Positions 53,840 through 64,000 of a DNA stretch of 64,000 nt are shown here, piece after piece. The stretch spans positions 32,001 to 96,000 of the forward strand of contig CAXHZO010000003.1 in the NCBI GenBank assembly GCA_964022095.1, read 5' to 3'. Position numbers and translations under genes: made by a program. A model generated the notes under the pieces. It was not told where the DNA came from. It worked only from the letters and a program-made list of their open reading frames with translations, and made no database searches. This DNA is from an uncultured Arcobacteraceae bacterium (lineage in GTDB: Bacteria > Campylobacterota > Campylobacteria > Campylobacterales > Arcobacteraceae). Numbering within the stretch: position 1 is the first letter of the stretch; every line of letters begins with the position of its first letter.

Positions 53840-54447
53840 GTAAAGCAATAGTTTTAAACGAAAAATTTGAAAATAATGGTGAATTAGCTTTACCTGAAGC
53901 TTATGCTGAAATTAATTCGCATAACTTATATTTATATGTTAAGTCATATTTAACAGGTTTAAGAGCTAATACTGCTAGAGTTAAAAACAGATCTGAAGTA
54001 AGCGGTGGTGGTAAAAAACCTAAAGCTCAAAAAGGTTCTGGTGGTGCTAGATGGGGTTCTAAAAGATCTCCTTTATTCGTTGGTGGGGGTCAAGTATTTG
54101 GACCTACTAAGAGAAACTACAACCAAAAAGTAAATAAAAAGCAAAAAGCATTAGCATTAAAATATGCGTTAAATGCACAAGCTGATAATGAATCTTTATT
54201 TGTAGTTGATTCAGTGAATTTAGAATCTGGTAAAACTAAAGACGCAGTTGCAGTTTTAAGTAAAATAAACAAAAGAGATACATTAATTGTTGTTGATTCA
54301 ATTAATGAAAAAACTTATTTAGCGTTTAGAAACATTAAAAACTGTTATATGGTTGAAAAGCAAGAAGTTAACGCTTATTTAATTGCTGCATACCACTCAG
54401 TACTTATCGAAAAATCAGTACTAGATGCATTAACAAAAGAGGCTTAA
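53836..54447 (+). CDS. rplD: 50S ribosomal protein L4
   Basis: [20 protein letters not shown]. Confidence 0.98.
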   Translation: MSKAIVLNEKFENNGELALPEAYAEINSHNLYLYVKSYLTGLRANTARVKNRSEVSGGGKKPKAQKGSGGARWGSKRSPLFVGGGQVFGPTKRNYNQKVNKKQKALALKYALNAQADNESLFVVDSVNLESGKTKDAVAVLSKINKRDTLIVVDSINEKTYLAFRNIKNCYMVEKQEVNAYLIAAYHSVLIEKSVLDALTKEA

Positions 54448-54448
54448 G

Positions 54449-54730
54449 ATGGCAGATATTACAGATATTAAAGCAATATTATATACAGAAAAAACAATCG
54501 AGCTTCAAGAAAATGGTGTAATCGTTGTTCAAACTAGTCCTAGAATGACTAAAAGCGGTTTAAAAGAAGTATTTAAAGAGTATTTTGGTGTTACACCATC
54601 AAAAATTAATTCTTTAAGACAAGATGGTAAAGTTAAAAGATTTAGAGGAAGACCTGGTAAAAGACCAGATTTCAAAAAATTCTATGTTACATTACCAGAG
54701 GGCGCTGAAATAGCGAACCTATCAGCTTAA
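54449..54730 (+). CDS. rplW: 50S ribosomal protein L23
   Basis: TEKT..KKFYVTL; operon order. Confidence 0.97.
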   Translation: MADITDIKAILYTEKTIELQENGVIVVQTSPRMTKSGLKEVFKEYFGVTPSKINSLRQDGKVKRFRGRPGKRPDFKKFYVTLPEGAEIANLSA

Positions 54731-54742
54731 GGAGTATAAGAG

Positions 54743-55570
54743 ATGGCAATTAAAAAATTTAGACCAATAACTCCTGCAAGAAGATTCATGTCTGTTATGG
54801 ATACTTCTGATATTACTTCTAAACCAACAGTAAGATCTTTACTTGTAAGAGTAAAAGCTTCAGCTGGTAGAAATAATAACGGTAGAATTACATCTAGACA
54901 TAAAGAAGCAGGTGCTAAGAAATTATATAGAATCATTGATTTTAAAAGAAATAAATTTGGTGTTGAAGGAACTATATCTACTATTGAGTACGATCCGTAC
55001 AGAAACTGTAGAATTTGTTTAGTTACTTATGCTGATGGTGATAAAAGATATATCATTCAACCTTCAGGATTAAAAGTTGGAGATAAAGTACAAGCTGCTG
55101 AATCTGGACTTGATATCTTACCTGGTAATGCGATGAGATTACAATCTATCCCTGTTGGTACTATGGTTCATAACATTGAATTAAAACCTGGTAAAGGTGC
55201 TCAGTTTGCAAGATCTGCTGGATCTTATGCACAAATTATGGGTAGAGAAGACAAATACGTTATCTTAAGATTACCATCTGGTGAGATGAGAAAAATGTTA
55301 GGTGTATGTATGGCTACAGTTGGTATTGTTGGTAATGAAGATTATATCAATATGGTTGTAGGTAAAGCTGGTAGAACTAGACACATGGGTATTAGACCTC
55401 AAACTAGAGGTTCTGCAATGAACCCTATTGATCACCCACACGGTGGTGGTGAAGGTAAGACTAACTCAGGAAGACATCCAGTTACTCCATGGGGTATGCC
55501 AACTAAAGGTTACAAAACTAGAAAGAAAAAAGCTAGTGATAAATTAATCATTTCAAGAAGAAAGAAGTAA
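54743..55570 (+). CDS. rplB: 50S ribosomal protein L2
   Basis: [28 protein letters not shown]. Confidence 0.99.
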   Translation: MAIKKFRPITPARRFMSVMDTSDITSKPTVRSLLVRVKASAGRNNNGRITSRHKEAGAKKLYRIIDFKRNKFGVEGTISTIEYDPYRNCRICLVTYADGDKRYIIQPSGLKVGDKVQAAESGLDILPGNAMRLQSIPVGTMVHNIELKPGKGAQFARSAGSYAQIMGREDKYVILRLPSGEMRKMLGVCMATVGIVGNEDYINMVVGKAGRTRHMGIRPQTRGSAMNPIDHPHGGGEGKTNSGRHPVTPWGMPTKGYKTRKKKASDKLIISRRKK

Positions 55571-55579
55571 GGGTTTAAG

Positions 55580-55855
55580 ATGGCAAGATCAATAAAAAAA
55601 GGTCCATTTGTAGACGCACACTTAATGAAAAAAGTTATCAAAGCTACTGAAGCTAATGATAAAAAACCAATAAAAACATGGTCAAGAAGATCTATGGTTT
55701 TACCTGACATGATTGGTTTAACATTTAATGTGCACAACGGAAGAAATTTCGTTCCAGTAAATATTACTGAGAACCATGTTGGATATAAATTAGGTGAATT
55801 CGCACCAACTAGAACATTTAAGGGTCATAAAGGCTCTGTACAGAAGAAGGCGTAA
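55580..55855 (+). CDS. rpsS: 30S ribosomal protein S19
   Basis: [24 protein letters not shown]. Confidence 0.99.
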   Translation: MARSIKKGPFVDAHLMKKVIKATEANDKKPIKTWSRRSMVLPDMIGLTFNVHNGRNFVPVNITENHVGYKLGEFAPTRTFKGHKGSVQKKA

Positions 55856-55857
55856 TA

Positions 55858-56184
55858 ATGGGTAAAGCAATATTAAGATTTATTAGAGTTTCTCCAACAA
55901 AAGCAAGACTTATTGCAAGAGAAGTTCAAGGTATGAATGCAGAGTATGCAATCGCTTCATTAGCGTTTACTCCAAACAAAGCTGCTGGAATTATTTCTAA
56001 AGTAATAGCTTCGGCTGTAGCAAATTCAGGTTTAGAGCCAGAAAATGCAGTAGTTACATCTGCTAGAGTTGATAAAGGACCTGTTCTTAAGAGATTTACT
56101 CCAAGAGCAAGAGGTAGTGCATCACCTAAACATAAACCAACTGCACATATTATGATTGAAGTAGCTGCAAAAGGAGATAAGTAA
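55858..56184 (+). CDS. rplV: 50S ribosomal protein L22
   Basis: SPTKAR, SAVAN, PRARG. Confidence 0.98.
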   Translation: MGKAILRFIRVSPTKARLIAREVQGMNAEYAIASLAFTPNKAAGIISKVIASAVANSGLEPENAVVTSARVDKGPVLKRFTPRARGSASPKHKPTAHIMIEVAAKGDK

Positions 56185-56882
56185 TGGGTCAAAAAGTTAA
56201 TCCAATAGGTTTAAGATTAGGAATTAACAGAAACTGGGAGTCAAGATGGTTCCCTAAATTTGGAAACATTCCTACTAATGTATCTGAAGATGACAAAATC
56301 AGAAAGTATGTTAAAAAAGAATTATACTATGCTGGTGTTGCTCAAACTATCGTTGAGAGAACAGCTAAAAAAGTTAGAGTTACTATCGTAGCAGCTAGAC
56401 CTGGTATCATTATTGGTAAAAAAGGTGCAGATGTTGAGAAGTTAAAAAACAACTTAGCTAAATTAGTTGGTAAAGAAATCGCTGTTAATATTAAAGAAGA
56501 GAGAAAACCTCAAGTTTCTGGACAATTAGCTGCTGAAAACGTTGCACAACAATTAGAAAGAAGAGTTGCATTTAGAAGAGCTATGAAAAGAGTTATGCAA
56601 AATGCACTTAAAGGTGGAGCAAAAGGTATTAAAGTATCTGTTTCTGGTAGACTTGGTGGAGCTGAAATGGCTAGAACTGAGTGGTACTTAGAAGGTAGAG
56701 TTCCTTTACATACACTAAGAGCTAGAATTGATTACGGTTTTGCAGAAGCTCACACTACTTATGGTTGTGTTGGTATTAAAGTTTGGATTTTTAAAGGTGA
56801 GGTTTTAGCTAAGGGTATCCCTGCTGAAAAAACTGAAGAGTCTAAACCAAAAAGAAGACCTAGTAAAAGAAGAGGTAAATAA
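56184..56882 (+). CDS. rpsC: 30S ribosomal protein S3
   Basis: [25 protein letters not shown]. Confidence 0.99.
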   Translation: MGQKVNPIGLRLGINRNWESRWFPKFGNIPTNVSEDDKIRKYVKKELYYAGVAQTIVERTAKKVRVTIVAARPGIIIGKKGADVEKLKNNLAKLVGKEIAVNIKEERKPQVSGQLAAENVAQQLERRVAFRRAMKRVMQNALKGGAKGIKVSVSGRLGGAEMARTEWYLEGRVPLHTLRARIDYGFAEAHTTYGCVGIKVWIFKGEVLAKGIPAEKTEESKPKRRPSKRRGK

Positions 56883-56884
56883 TC

Positions 56885-57310
56885 ATGTTAATGCCTAAAA
56901 GAACTAAATACAGAAAAATGATGAAAGGCCGAAATAGAGGTAAAGCTTCAAGAGGAACATCTTTAGCTTACGGAGATATCGGTTTAAAAGCTGTTGAACA
57001 CGGAAGAATTGACTCAAGACAAATCGAAGCATCAAGAATTGCGATGACTAGAAAAGTTAAGAGACAGGCAAAAGTTTGGATTATGGTATTCCCAGACAAA
57101 CCACTTACTGCTAAACCATTAGAAACAAGAATGGGTAAAGGTAAAGGTGCTGTTGATAAATGGGTAATGAACATTAAGCCTGGAAGAATTTGTTTTGAGA
57201 TGGCAGGTGTGTCTGATGAATTAGCAAGAGAAGCTTTAACTTTAGCACAACACAAATTACCATTTAAAACTAAAATTGTAACAAGAGATAGCGAAAATGA
57301 ACTATACTGA
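56885..57310 (+). CDS. rplP: 50S ribosomal protein L16
   Basis: [18 protein letters not shown]. Confidence 0.99.
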   Translation: MLMPKRTKYRKMMKGRNRGKASRGTSLAYGDIGLKAVEHGRIDSRQIEASRIAMTRKVKRQAKVWIMVFPDKPLTAKPLETRMGKGKGAVDKWVMNIKPGRICFEMAGVSDELAREALTLAQHKLPFKTKIVTRDSENELY

Positions 57311-57488
57311 TTTAAAAGAAAAAAGCTTAACAGAGCTAAACGAGTTATTAAAAGAGAAAAAGGTGCTTCTTTTTGAATTAAAAGCTAAGCTAAAAACTAT
57401 GCAGTTAACTAACACATCTGAATTAAGAGTAGCGAAAAAAGAAATCGCTAAAATTCAAACAGCTATTACTGCAGCAAAAGCTAACTAA
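57297..57488 (+). CDS. rpmC: 50S ribosomal protein L29
   Basis: [14 protein letters not shown]; operon order. Confidence 0.96.
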   Translation: MNYTDLKEKSLTELNELLKEKKVLLFELKAKLKTMQLTNTSELRVAKKEIAKIQTAITAAKAN

Positions 57489-57499
57489 GGATCTAAGAT

Positions 57500-57751
57500 A
57501 TGACACATAAAAGAGAGATTCAAGGTGTTGTGGTTAAAAAATCTGGTGAAAAAACTGCGTCTGTATTAGTTACAAGATCAGTTATGCATCCAAAGTACCA
57601 CAAAACTGTAAAAAGATTTAAAAAATATTTAATTCATGATGAAAAAAATGAATTAAATGAAGGTGACACTGTAATCGCGGTTGAGTGTAGACCTTTATCA
57701 AAAACTAAATCTTTTAGATTAAAGACTATTGTAGCTACAGGAGTTAAATAA
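57500..57751 (+). CDS. rpsQ: 30S ribosomal protein S17
   Basis: [18 protein letters not shown]. Confidence 0.98.
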   Translation: MTHKREIQGVVVKKSGEKTASVLVTRSVMHPKYHKTVKRFKKYLIHDEKNELNEGDTVIAVECRPLSKTKSFRLKTIVATGVK

Positions 57752-58119
57752 TGATTCAGAGTTTTACTAGATTAAATGTAGCTGACAACACTGGTGCAAA
57801 AGAGATCATGTGTATCAAAGTTCTTGGTGGATCTAAGAGAAGATATGCATCTGTTGGTGATGTAATTGTTGCTTCAGTTAAGAAAGCTTTACCTACTGGA
57901 AAAGTTAAAAAAGGTCAAGTTGTTAAGGCTGTAGTTGTTAGAACTCATAAAGAAGTTCAAAGAGAAAATGGTTCATTAATTAGATTTGATGACAATGCGG
58001 CAGTTATCTTAGATGCTAAGAAAGAGCCTATTGGAACAAGAATCTTTGGACCAGTTGCTAGAGAAGTTAGATATTCAGGTTTCATGAAGATCGTTTCACT
58101 TGCACCGGAGGTATTATAA
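57751..58119 (+). CDS. rplN: 50S ribosomal protein L14
   Basis: [22 protein letters not shown]. Confidence 0.99.
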   Translation: MIQSFTRLNVADNTGAKEIMCIKVLGGSKRRYASVGDVIVASVKKALPTGKVKKGQVVKAVVVRTHKEVQRENGSLIRFDDNAAVILDAKKEPIGTRIFGPVAREVRYSGFMKIVSLAPEVL

Positions 58120-58120
58120 T

Positions 58121-58357
58121 ATGGCAGTTAAATTAAAAATCAAAAAAGGTGATACTGTAAAAATCATCGCTGGTGATGACAAAGGTAAAACTGGTGAAGT
58201 TTTAGCTGTATTACCAAAAGAAAAAAAAGTAATCGTTAAAGATTGTAAAGTTGCTAAAAAAACTGTAAAACCTGATCAGGAAAAAAATCCTGAAGGTGGA
58301 TTTGTAAACAAAGAGATGCCTATTGATATCTCAAATGTAGCAAAAGTAGAAGGGTAA
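58121..58357 (+). CDS. rplX: 50S ribosomal protein L24
   Basis: [17 protein letters not shown]; start at MAVK behind GGAGG. Confidence 0.97.
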   Translation: MAVKLKIKKGDTVKIIAGDDKGKTGEVLAVLPKEKKVIVKDCKVAKKTVKPDQEKNPEGGFVNKEMPIDISNVAKVEG

Positions 58358-58361
58358 TTAG

Positions 58362-58910
58362 ATGGCAGCAAGATTATTAGAAAAATATAAATCAGAAATT
58401 AAACCAGTTTTAGAAACTGAATTTCCAAAAAACAAGATGTTAACTGCTAAGTTAGAAAAAGTAGTTATCTCTGTTGGTGCTGGTGAAGCAATGAAAGATT
58501 CTAAATTAATGCAAAACATTGAAGATACTATCTCTTTAATTGCTGGTCAAAAGTCAGTAAAAGTTATTGCAAAGAAATCAGTTGCTGGTTTTAAAGTAAG
58601 AGAAGGTTATCCTGTAGGTGTTAAAGTTACACTTAGAGGTGAGCAAATGTACACTTTCTTAGACAAACTTTGTTCTGTTGCTTTACCAAGAGTAAAGGAC
58701 TTTAGAGGTTTAAACAAGAATGGTTTTGATGGTCAAGGTAACTTCAACTTCGGTTTAGATGAGCAATTAATGTTCCCAGAAGTTGTTTATGATGACATTA
58801 TTAAGACACACGGTATGAATATTTCAATTTCTACAAGTGCTAATAACGATGCAGAAGCATTTAGATTATTAGAGTTAGTAGGAATTCCATTTACAAAAGG
58901 AAGAGCGTAA
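58362..58910 (+). CDS. rplE: 50S ribosomal protein L5
   Basis: [21 protein letters not shown]. Confidence 0.99.
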   Translation: MAARLLEKYKSEIKPVLETEFPKNKMLTAKLEKVVISVGAGEAMKDSKLMQNIEDTISLIAGQKSVKVIAKKSVAGFKVREGYPVGVKVTLRGEQMYTFLDKLCSVALPRVKDFRGLNKNGFDGQGNFNFGLDEQLMFPEVVYDDIIKTHGMNISISTSANNDAEAFRLLELVGIPFTKGRA

Positions 58911-59095
58911 TGGCAAAGAAATCTATGATCGCAAAACAAAAAAGAACTCCTAAGTTTGCTGTAAGAGCATACACAAGATGTTCTGTTTGTGGAAGACCTC
59001 ACTCTGTTTATAAAGATTTTGGTTTATGTAGAATTTGTTTAAGAAAAATGGCTAACGAAGGTTTATTACCTGGTGTTAGAAAAGCTAGTTGGTAG
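58910..59095 (+). CDS. rpsN: 30S ribosomal protein S14 (zinc-binding, 61 aa)
   Basis: RCSVCGR..LCRIC, KASW. Confidence 0.98.
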   Translation: MAKKSMIAKQKRTPKFAVRAYTRCSVCGRPHSVYKDFGLCRICLRKMANEGLLPGVRKASW

Positions 59096-59109
59096 GGAGA
59101 TAAAAAGCT

Positions 59110-59508
59110 ATGATGAATGATATAATCGCAGATGCTTTAACTAGAATCAGAAATGCTGCACTTAGAAAATTAGATGTTGCAACATTATTACATTCTAATA
59201 CAGTTGTAGGTATATTAAATGTATTACAACAAAAAGAATATATTACTGGTTTCAAAGTTATTGATGGTGAAAACAATAAGAAGACAATTCAAGTTGAATT
59301 AAAGTATGATGACAATGATAATTCAGTAATTAATGAGATTACAAGAGTTTCTAAACCAGGAAGAAGAGTTTATAAAAACGCTTCTGAAATCAAATCTTTT
59401 AAGAACGGGTACGGTACTATTATCGTGACAACTAACAAGGGTGTTATTGCTAATGATGAAGCATATGCAGCTAAAGTTGGTGGCGAAGTACTTTGTACAG
59501 TATGGTAG
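59110..59508 (+). CDS. rpsH: 30S ribosomal protein S8
   Basis: [23 protein letters not shown]. Confidence 0.98.
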   Translation: MMNDIIADALTRIRNAALRKLDVATLLHSNTVVGILNVLQQKEYITGFKVIDGENNKKTIQVELKYDDNDNSVINEITRVSKPGRRVYKNASEIKSFKNGYGTIIVTTNKGVIANDEAYAAKVGGEVLCTVW

Positions 59509-59517
59509 GAGAGTGTA

Positions 59518-60051
59518 ATGTCTAGAATTGGAAAAAAACCTATCGCAATCCCTTCAGGGGTTGAAGTATCAGTTGATGGTACTGTAGTAAGTGTAAAAAA
59601 AGGTAACAAAACTATTCCTGTTGAAACACACGGAAGAGTTGAAGTTAAGTTAGAAAATAACGAAGTAATTTTAGAAAGAGTTGGAGAATCAAAAGAATCT
59701 TCAGCATTCTGGGGAACTTATAGAGCTTTATTAAGTAATGCAGTTATTGGTTTATCTGAAGGTTTTTCAAAATCTTTAGAAATCAACGGTGTTGGTTACA
59801 GAGCTGCTGTAAAAGGTAAAGTTTTAGAGTTACAATTAGGATACTCTCACCCAATTAATTATGATATCCCTGAGGGGTTAGACATTTCTGTTGAGAAAAA
59901 CTTAATTCACGTAAAAGGTGCAGACAAACAACAAGTTGGTCAAGCTGCTGCAATTATTAGAGGCTATAGAAAACCAGAACCTTACAAAGGTAAAGGTGTT
60001 AAATATACTGACGAGCATATCGTTAGAAAAGCCGGAAAAACTGCTAAGTAA
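59518..60051 (+). CDS. rplF: 50S ribosomal protein L6
   Basis: [22 protein letters not shown]. Confidence 0.99.
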   Translation: MSRIGKKPIAIPSGVEVSVDGTVVSVKKGNKTIPVETHGRVEVKLENNEVILERVGESKESSAFWGTYRALLSNAVIGLSEGFSKSLEINGVGYRAAVKGKVLELQLGYSHPINYDIPEGLDISVEKNLIHVKGADKQQVGQAAAIIRGYRKPEPYKGKGVKYTDEHIVRKAGKTAK

Positions 60052-60061
60052 GGTGTGAAAA

Positions 60062-60421
60062 ATGAGTAGAGCAAAAGATTTAGCAAAGAAAAACGCTTTA
60101 AGAGCTAGAAGAAAAAGAAGAGTTAGAGGATCAATTACTGGTACTGCTGATAGATTAAGAGTTACAGTTTTTAAATCTAACAAGTATTTAAGTGCACAAG
60201 CTATCAATGATGTTGATGGTCTTACAGTGGCTTCAATCAGTTCTCAATCTATGGGTCTTAGTGTTAGTAGAGAAAACGCAGCAAAAGTTGCAACTGAGTT
60301 TGCAGAGAAATTAAAAGCTGCTGGTGTTGAATCAGTAGTATTTGATAGAAATGGTTACCTTTATCATGGTGTTATTGCAGCTTTCGCTGATGCACTTAGA
60401 GATAATGGTATTAAATTATAA
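60062..60421 (+). CDS. rplR: 50S ribosomal protein L18
   Basis: FKSNK, VVFDRNGYLYHG. Confidence 0.98.
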   Translation: MSRAKDLAKKNALRARRKRRVRGSITGTADRLRVTVFKSNKYLSAQAINDVDGLTVASISSQSMGLSVSRENAAKVATEFAEKLKAAGVESVVFDRNGYLYHGVIAAFADALRDNGIKL

Positions 60422-60430
60422 GGGTTAATG

Positions 60431-60874
60431 ATGGCAGCAGTAAATAGAGAAGATTTTCAAGAAGCAATCGTTAAAATCGGAAGAGTAACAAAAGTTGTAA
60501 AGGGTGGTAGAAGATTCAGATTTACAGCTTTAGTTGTTGTTGGTGATAAAAACGGTACAGTAGGGTTTGGAACTGGAAAAGCAAAAGAAGTTCCTGATGC
60601 AATTAAAAAAGCTTTAGATGATGCATTTAAATCATTAGTTAAAGTTAATATTCATGGAACTACAATTGCACATGATATTGAGCATAAATATAACGCTAGT
60701 AAAATATTATTAAAGCCAGCATCTGAGGGTACTGGACTTATCGCTGGGGGAGCTGCAAGACCTGTTCTTGAGCTTTCTGGAGTTACAGATATTATTGCTA
60801 AATCATTAGGTTCAAATAATCCTAATAACCTTGTACAAGCTACTGTTGAAGCATTAGCGAAGATTAAAGGATAA
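60431..60874 (+). CDS. rpsE: 30S ribosomal protein S5
   Basis: [23 protein letters not shown]. Confidence 0.99.
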   Translation: MAAVNREDFQEAIVKIGRVTKVVKGGRRFRFTALVVVGDKNGTVGFGTGKAKEVPDAIKKALDDAFKSLVKVNIHGTTIAHDIEHKYNASKILLKPASEGTGLIAGGAARPVLELSGVTDIIAKSLGSNNPNNLVQATVEALAKIKG

Positions 60875-60877
60875 TAA

Positions 60878-61276
60878 ATGGTATTAAATAACTTACAACC
60901 AGCTGCTGGTAGTACAAAAAATGTAAAAAGAGTAGGTAGAGGTCAAGGTTCAGGAATGGGTAAGACTTCTACAAGAGGTCAAAAAGGTCAAAAATCTAGA
61001 TCTGGTTACAAAAGAAAAAGAGGATTTGAAGGTGGTCAACAACCAATTTATAAAAGACTTCCTAAAATCGGATTTACTTCAAGAGTAACAAAACCTTATT
61101 CTATTAACGTAGATAAAGTTAAGCAAGTAGCAGAACTTGAAGAAATTACAGTTGAGTCAATCAAGGCTGTATATAAATTATCTAAATCAGTTGTAAAAGT
61201 TAAATTAGTTGGTGCAGCTGCAAAAGGTTTAGCTTCAAAGATTAAAGACGAAAACGTTACAACTACTGGAAACTAA
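60878..61276 (+). CDS. rplO: 50S ribosomal protein L15
   Basis: [22 protein letters not shown]. Confidence 0.99.
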   Translation: MVLNNLQPAAGSTKNVKRVGRGQGSGMGKTSTRGQKGQKSRSGYKRKRGFEGGQQPIYKRLPKIGFTSRVTKPYSINVDKVKQVAELEEITVESIKAVYKLSKSVVKVKLVGAAAKGLASKIKDENVTTTGN

Positions 61277-61278
61277 AA

Positions 61279-62541
61279 ATGAGTAAAGATCTAATAAATA
61301 AGATTCTTATTACATTAGGTTTTATTTTTCTTTACAGGTTACTGGCATACGTGCCAGTTCCTGGAGTTAATATAGACGTAGTTAAAGAATTTTTCGATTC
61401 AAATGCAAATAATGCATTAGGTCTTGTTAACATGTTCAGTGGTAATGCAGTTGAAAGACTGTCAATTATCTCACTTGGTATTATGCCTTACATTACTGCT
61501 TCTATTATTATGGAACTTCTAGCAGCAACATTCCCAGCACTTGGTAAAATGAAAAAAGAAAGAGATGGTATGCAAAAATATATGCAAATCATCAGATATA
61601 CTACAATTGTAATTACTTTAATTCAATCTATTGGTGTATCAGTAGGTCTTAATTCTTTAACTGGTCAAAATGGGCAAGGTGCAATTTCAATTGATATGAA
61701 CACATTTATTGCAGTATCTGCAATATCAATGTTAACTGGTACTATGTTATTAATGTGGATTGGTGAGCAAATTACTCAAAAAGGTATCGGTAATGGTATC
61801 TCTTTAATTATCTTTGCAGGTATTGTTTCGGCAATTCCTAGTGCTATTGGTGGTACAATTGATCTTGTAAATAATGGTCAAATGAACTTCCTTACTGTAA
61901 TTGGTATTATTGTTGTTATTTTAGCAACAGTTGGTGCTATTATTTACGTAGAGTTAGGTGAAAGAAGAGTTCCTGTTTCATACTCAAGAAAAGTAATGAT
62001 GCAAAATCAAAACAAAAGGGTTATGAATTATATTCCTATTAAGGTTAACTTATCAGGTGTAATTCCAGCAATTTTTGCAAGTGCTATTTTAATGTTCCCA
62101 GCGACTGTTTTACAAGGTAGTCAAAATGAATATTTAGTTGCAATTGCAGATTATTTAAGCCCAGCTTCGTATACGTTTAATTTATTTATGTTCTTATTTG
62201 TAGTTTTCTTTGCATTCTTCTATGCATCAATTACATTTAATGCAAAAGATATATCTGATAACTTAAAAAGACAAGGTGGATTTATCCCAGGTGTTAGACC
62301 AGGGGAACACACTTCTGAATTTTTAAATGATGTAGCTAGTAAATTAACATTCTGGGGTGCTATTTACTTAGGTTTAGTTTCAACTTTACCATGGCTTATT
62401 GTAAAAGCTATGGGTGTACCTTTCTATTTTGGAGGGGTTGCAGTACTAATTGTTGTACAAGTTGCAATTGATACTATGAGAAAAATTGAAGCACAACAGT
62501 ATACAAACAAATATGAAACTCTAAGTGCAGTAGGCTTATAA
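61279..62541 (+). CDS. secY: Preprotein translocase subunit SecY
   Basis: LGIMPYITASII, GIGNGISL, IPGVRPG. Confidence 0.99.
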   Translation: MSKDLINKILITLGFIFLYRLLAYVPVPGVNIDVVKEFFDSNANNALGLVNMFSGNAVERLSIISLGIMPYITASIIMELLAATFPALGKMKKERDGMQKYMQIIRYTTIVITLIQSIGVSVGLNSLTGQNGQGAISIDMNTFIAVSAISMLTGTMLLMWIGEQITQKGIGNGISLIIFAGIVSAIPSAIGGTIDLVNNGQMNFLTVIGIIVVILATVGAIIYVELGERRVPVSYSRKVMMQNQNKRVMNYIPIKVNLSGVIPAIFASAILMFPATVLQGSQNEYLVAIADYLSPASYTFNLFMFLFVVFFAFFYASITFNAKDISDNLKRQGGFIPGVRPGEHTSEFLNDVASKLTFWGAIYLGLVSTLPWLIVKAMGVPFYFGGVAVLIVVQVAIDTMRKIEAQQYTNKYETLSAVGL

Positions 62542-62543
62542 AA

Positions 62544-63308
62544 ATGGCTATTCCAATTAGAAAAGCTAACGAAATTGCTAAGCTAAAAGCAGCAAATAGA
62601 ATTGTTGCTCAAACGCTTAACTATCTTAGAGAAAACGTTAAACCAGGCATGACTTTATTAGAAGTTGATGCCATTGGTGACAAATTTTTAAGAGATTTAG
62701 GGGCTAGACCATCATTCAAAGGTCTTTATGGTTTCCCTAATTCAGTTTGTACTTCTTTAAATGAAGTAATTATTCATGGTATACCTGATGATACTGTTTT
62801 AAAAGAAGGTGATATATTAGGCCTTGATATTGGAACAGAACTTGACGGTTGGTATGGAGATGCTGCGATAACTATGCCAATTGGTAAAATATCAAAAGAA
62901 GATGAAGAATTAATTGCTTGTGCAAAAGATTCTTTATATCATGCTATTGATGTTATTCATGATGGTATGAGATTTAAAGAGCTATCACAAGCAATTGAAG
63001 AATTTATTGTTGCTAGAGGTTATCAACCATTAGTAAGATTTTGTGGTCATGGCATTGGAAAAAAACCACATGATGAACCTGAAATTCCAAACTACTTAGA
63101 AAACGGTAGTGCAAAATCAGGTCCAAAAATTAAAAATGGTATGGTATTTTGTTTAGAGCCAATGATTTGTCATAAAGATAGAGAACCAGTTATTTTAGAT
63201 AATAAATGGGATGTTGTATCTGCTGATGGATTAAGAGGTAGCCACTATGAGCACACAGTTGCAGTTGTAGATGGTAAAGCAGTTATTTTAAGTACAGATG
63301 AAGACTAG
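62544..63308 (+). CDS. map: Methionine aminopeptidase type I
   Basis: HGIP, D..D, GHGIG, EPM, HYEHT. Confidence 0.98.
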   Translation: MAIPIRKANEIAKLKAANRIVAQTLNYLRENVKPGMTLLEVDAIGDKFLRDLGARPSFKGLYGFPNSVCTSLNEVIIHGIPDDTVLKEGDILGLDIGTELDGWYGDAAITMPIGKISKEDEELIACAKDSLYHAIDVIHDGMRFKELSQAIEEFIVARGYQPLVRFCGHGIGKKPHDEPEIPNYLENGSAKSGPKIKNGMVFCLEPMICHKDREPVILDNKWDVVSADGLRGSHYEHTVAVVDGKAVILSTDED

Positions 63309-63321
63309 GGAGACATAAAAA

Positions 63322-63540
63322 GTGGCAAAAGATGATGTAATTGTAATTGATGGTAAGGTTATTGAGGCTTTACCTAATGCAATGTTTAGAGTTGAATTAG
63401 ACAATGGTCATGTGGTTTTATGCCATATCTCAGGAAAAATGAGAATGCACTATATTAAAATTTTACCAAGTGATAAGGTAAAAGTAGAGATTACACCTTA
63501 TTCATTAGATAAGGGTAGAATTACTCACAGATATAAATAA
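63322..63540 (+). CDS. infA: Translation initiation factor IF-1
   Basis: [25 protein letters not shown] start. Confidence 0.99.
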   Translation: MAKDDVIVIDGKVIEALPNAMFRVELDNGHVVLCHISGKMRMHYIKILPSDKVKVEITPYSLDKGRITHRYK

Positions 63541-63551
63541 TATATCTATAT

Positions 63552-63579
63552 TTAAATAAGGAATTTTTTCCTTATTTAA
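63552..63579 (+). terminator. Hairpin after infA (probable terminator)
   Basis: TTAAATAAGGAA-TTTT-TTCCTTATTTAA perfect 12-bp stem. Confidence 0.7.
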
Positions 63580-63662
63580 TATACAAAACTATGAAGCAAT
63601 AATCAAAATACTTCGCACGCTTTAAAAAGCATTATTCTAACTATGCTCCATAGGTTTATATA
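63580..63662 (-). other. Long (83 nt) imperfect hairpin; candidate structured RNA or 3' UTR element
   Basis: About 36 bp in three stacked stems; the mismatches resolve as G-U pairs only on the minus strand. Confidence 0.5.
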
Positions 63663-63666
63663 AATC

Positions 63667-63876
63667 TTAATTTTTTTTACTTACAAGTTTAATTTCTTTT
63701 TCAATTATTTTTTTTTGTTCTAATAATAAGTTTAAATGCTCTTTTAATAGTTCTCTATCTTTATATGAATCTATTATAAACTCATAAAGCTTAGGTCTAT
63801 TCTTTTTCCAATTATGTAATGTTGTTTTATTTACTTCTAAATCTGTTTCTAATTTTCTTAAACTTGGTATTGTCAT
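63667..63876 (-). CDS. Small putative helix-turn-helix DNA-binding protein with C-terminal coiled coil (69 aa)
   Basis: SLRKLETDLEVNKTTLHNWKK HTH-like pattern; GGA RBS. Confidence 0.6.
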   Translation of the reverse strand: MTIPSLRKLETDLEVNKTTLHNWKKNRPKLYEFIIDSYKDRELLKEHLNLLLEQKKIIEKEIKLVSKKN

Positions 63877-63905
63877 AGCTTGTCCATTCTTGAAAAATTA
63901 TATTA

Positions 63906-64000
63906 TTGTACTTATTATTTGAACAAAAGTCAAATAAATTTGATATTTTGTACATATAATTGGAACAAATGAATGTAAAAGTAATGTTTTTGTACAATTT
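63906..64000. repeat. Array of palindromic TTGTAC-N9-GAACAA boxes at 42-bp period (operator-like)
   Basis: Boxes start at 63906, 63948 and 63990 (third cut by the window end). Confidence 0.65.

Noticed and set aside
54727-60207. Several minus-strand ORFs within the ribosomal protein cluster
   Set aside because: Antisense to conserved genes; expected from codon bias.
63906-64000. Reading the 42-bp periodic boxes as a CRISPR array
   Set aside because: Repeat interiors differ, spacers are only 20 bp, and no cas genes are present; an operator array fits better.

Overview
AT-rich core chromosome of a Campylobacterota bacterium, most consistent with Arcobacteraceae, judged from gene order and protein style. 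Left to right: the edge of a capsule export locus (kpsT partial, kpsM); folD-lepB-rpiB-small protein-tandem HD operon; rplY-pth-lptF/G-NUDIX; a pdxJ-pdxA-AAA ATPase and pyrH-rpoZ-spoT-tyrS-NMO-amiA block; cvpA-lysS-glyA-SPOR-trpE; ispG-dnaB; prepilin and exported ATP-dependent DNA ligase; apt-trpB-dedA-pepA; ppk2; ychF; HDOD; recO; ppnP. An accessory-looking stretch follows (tandem NosL-like protein, pentapeptide-repeat protein coupled to an 880-aa secreted deacetylase-like protein), then superoxide reductase, thiL-truD, a short CheZ-like gene, a heme-c MCP, ruvA-ddl-hydrolase-murF-HIT, a D-amino acid dehydrogenase with a Rid protein, and the S10/spc ribosomal protein cluster through secY-map-infA. 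No rRNA, tRNA, CRISPR array or transposase was seen. The best leads are: (1) a small HTH gene after infA with palindromic boxes at exact 42-bp spacing upstream and an 83-nt hairpin downstream; (2) the secreted two-gene pentapeptide/deacetylase module with a PEP + Trp-rich C-terminal tail; (3) an apparent ATT start codon for amiA; (4) an unannotated 36-aa membrane peptide; (5) probable leaderless ispG and thiL. All calls come from motif recognition by eye; no database searches were run.
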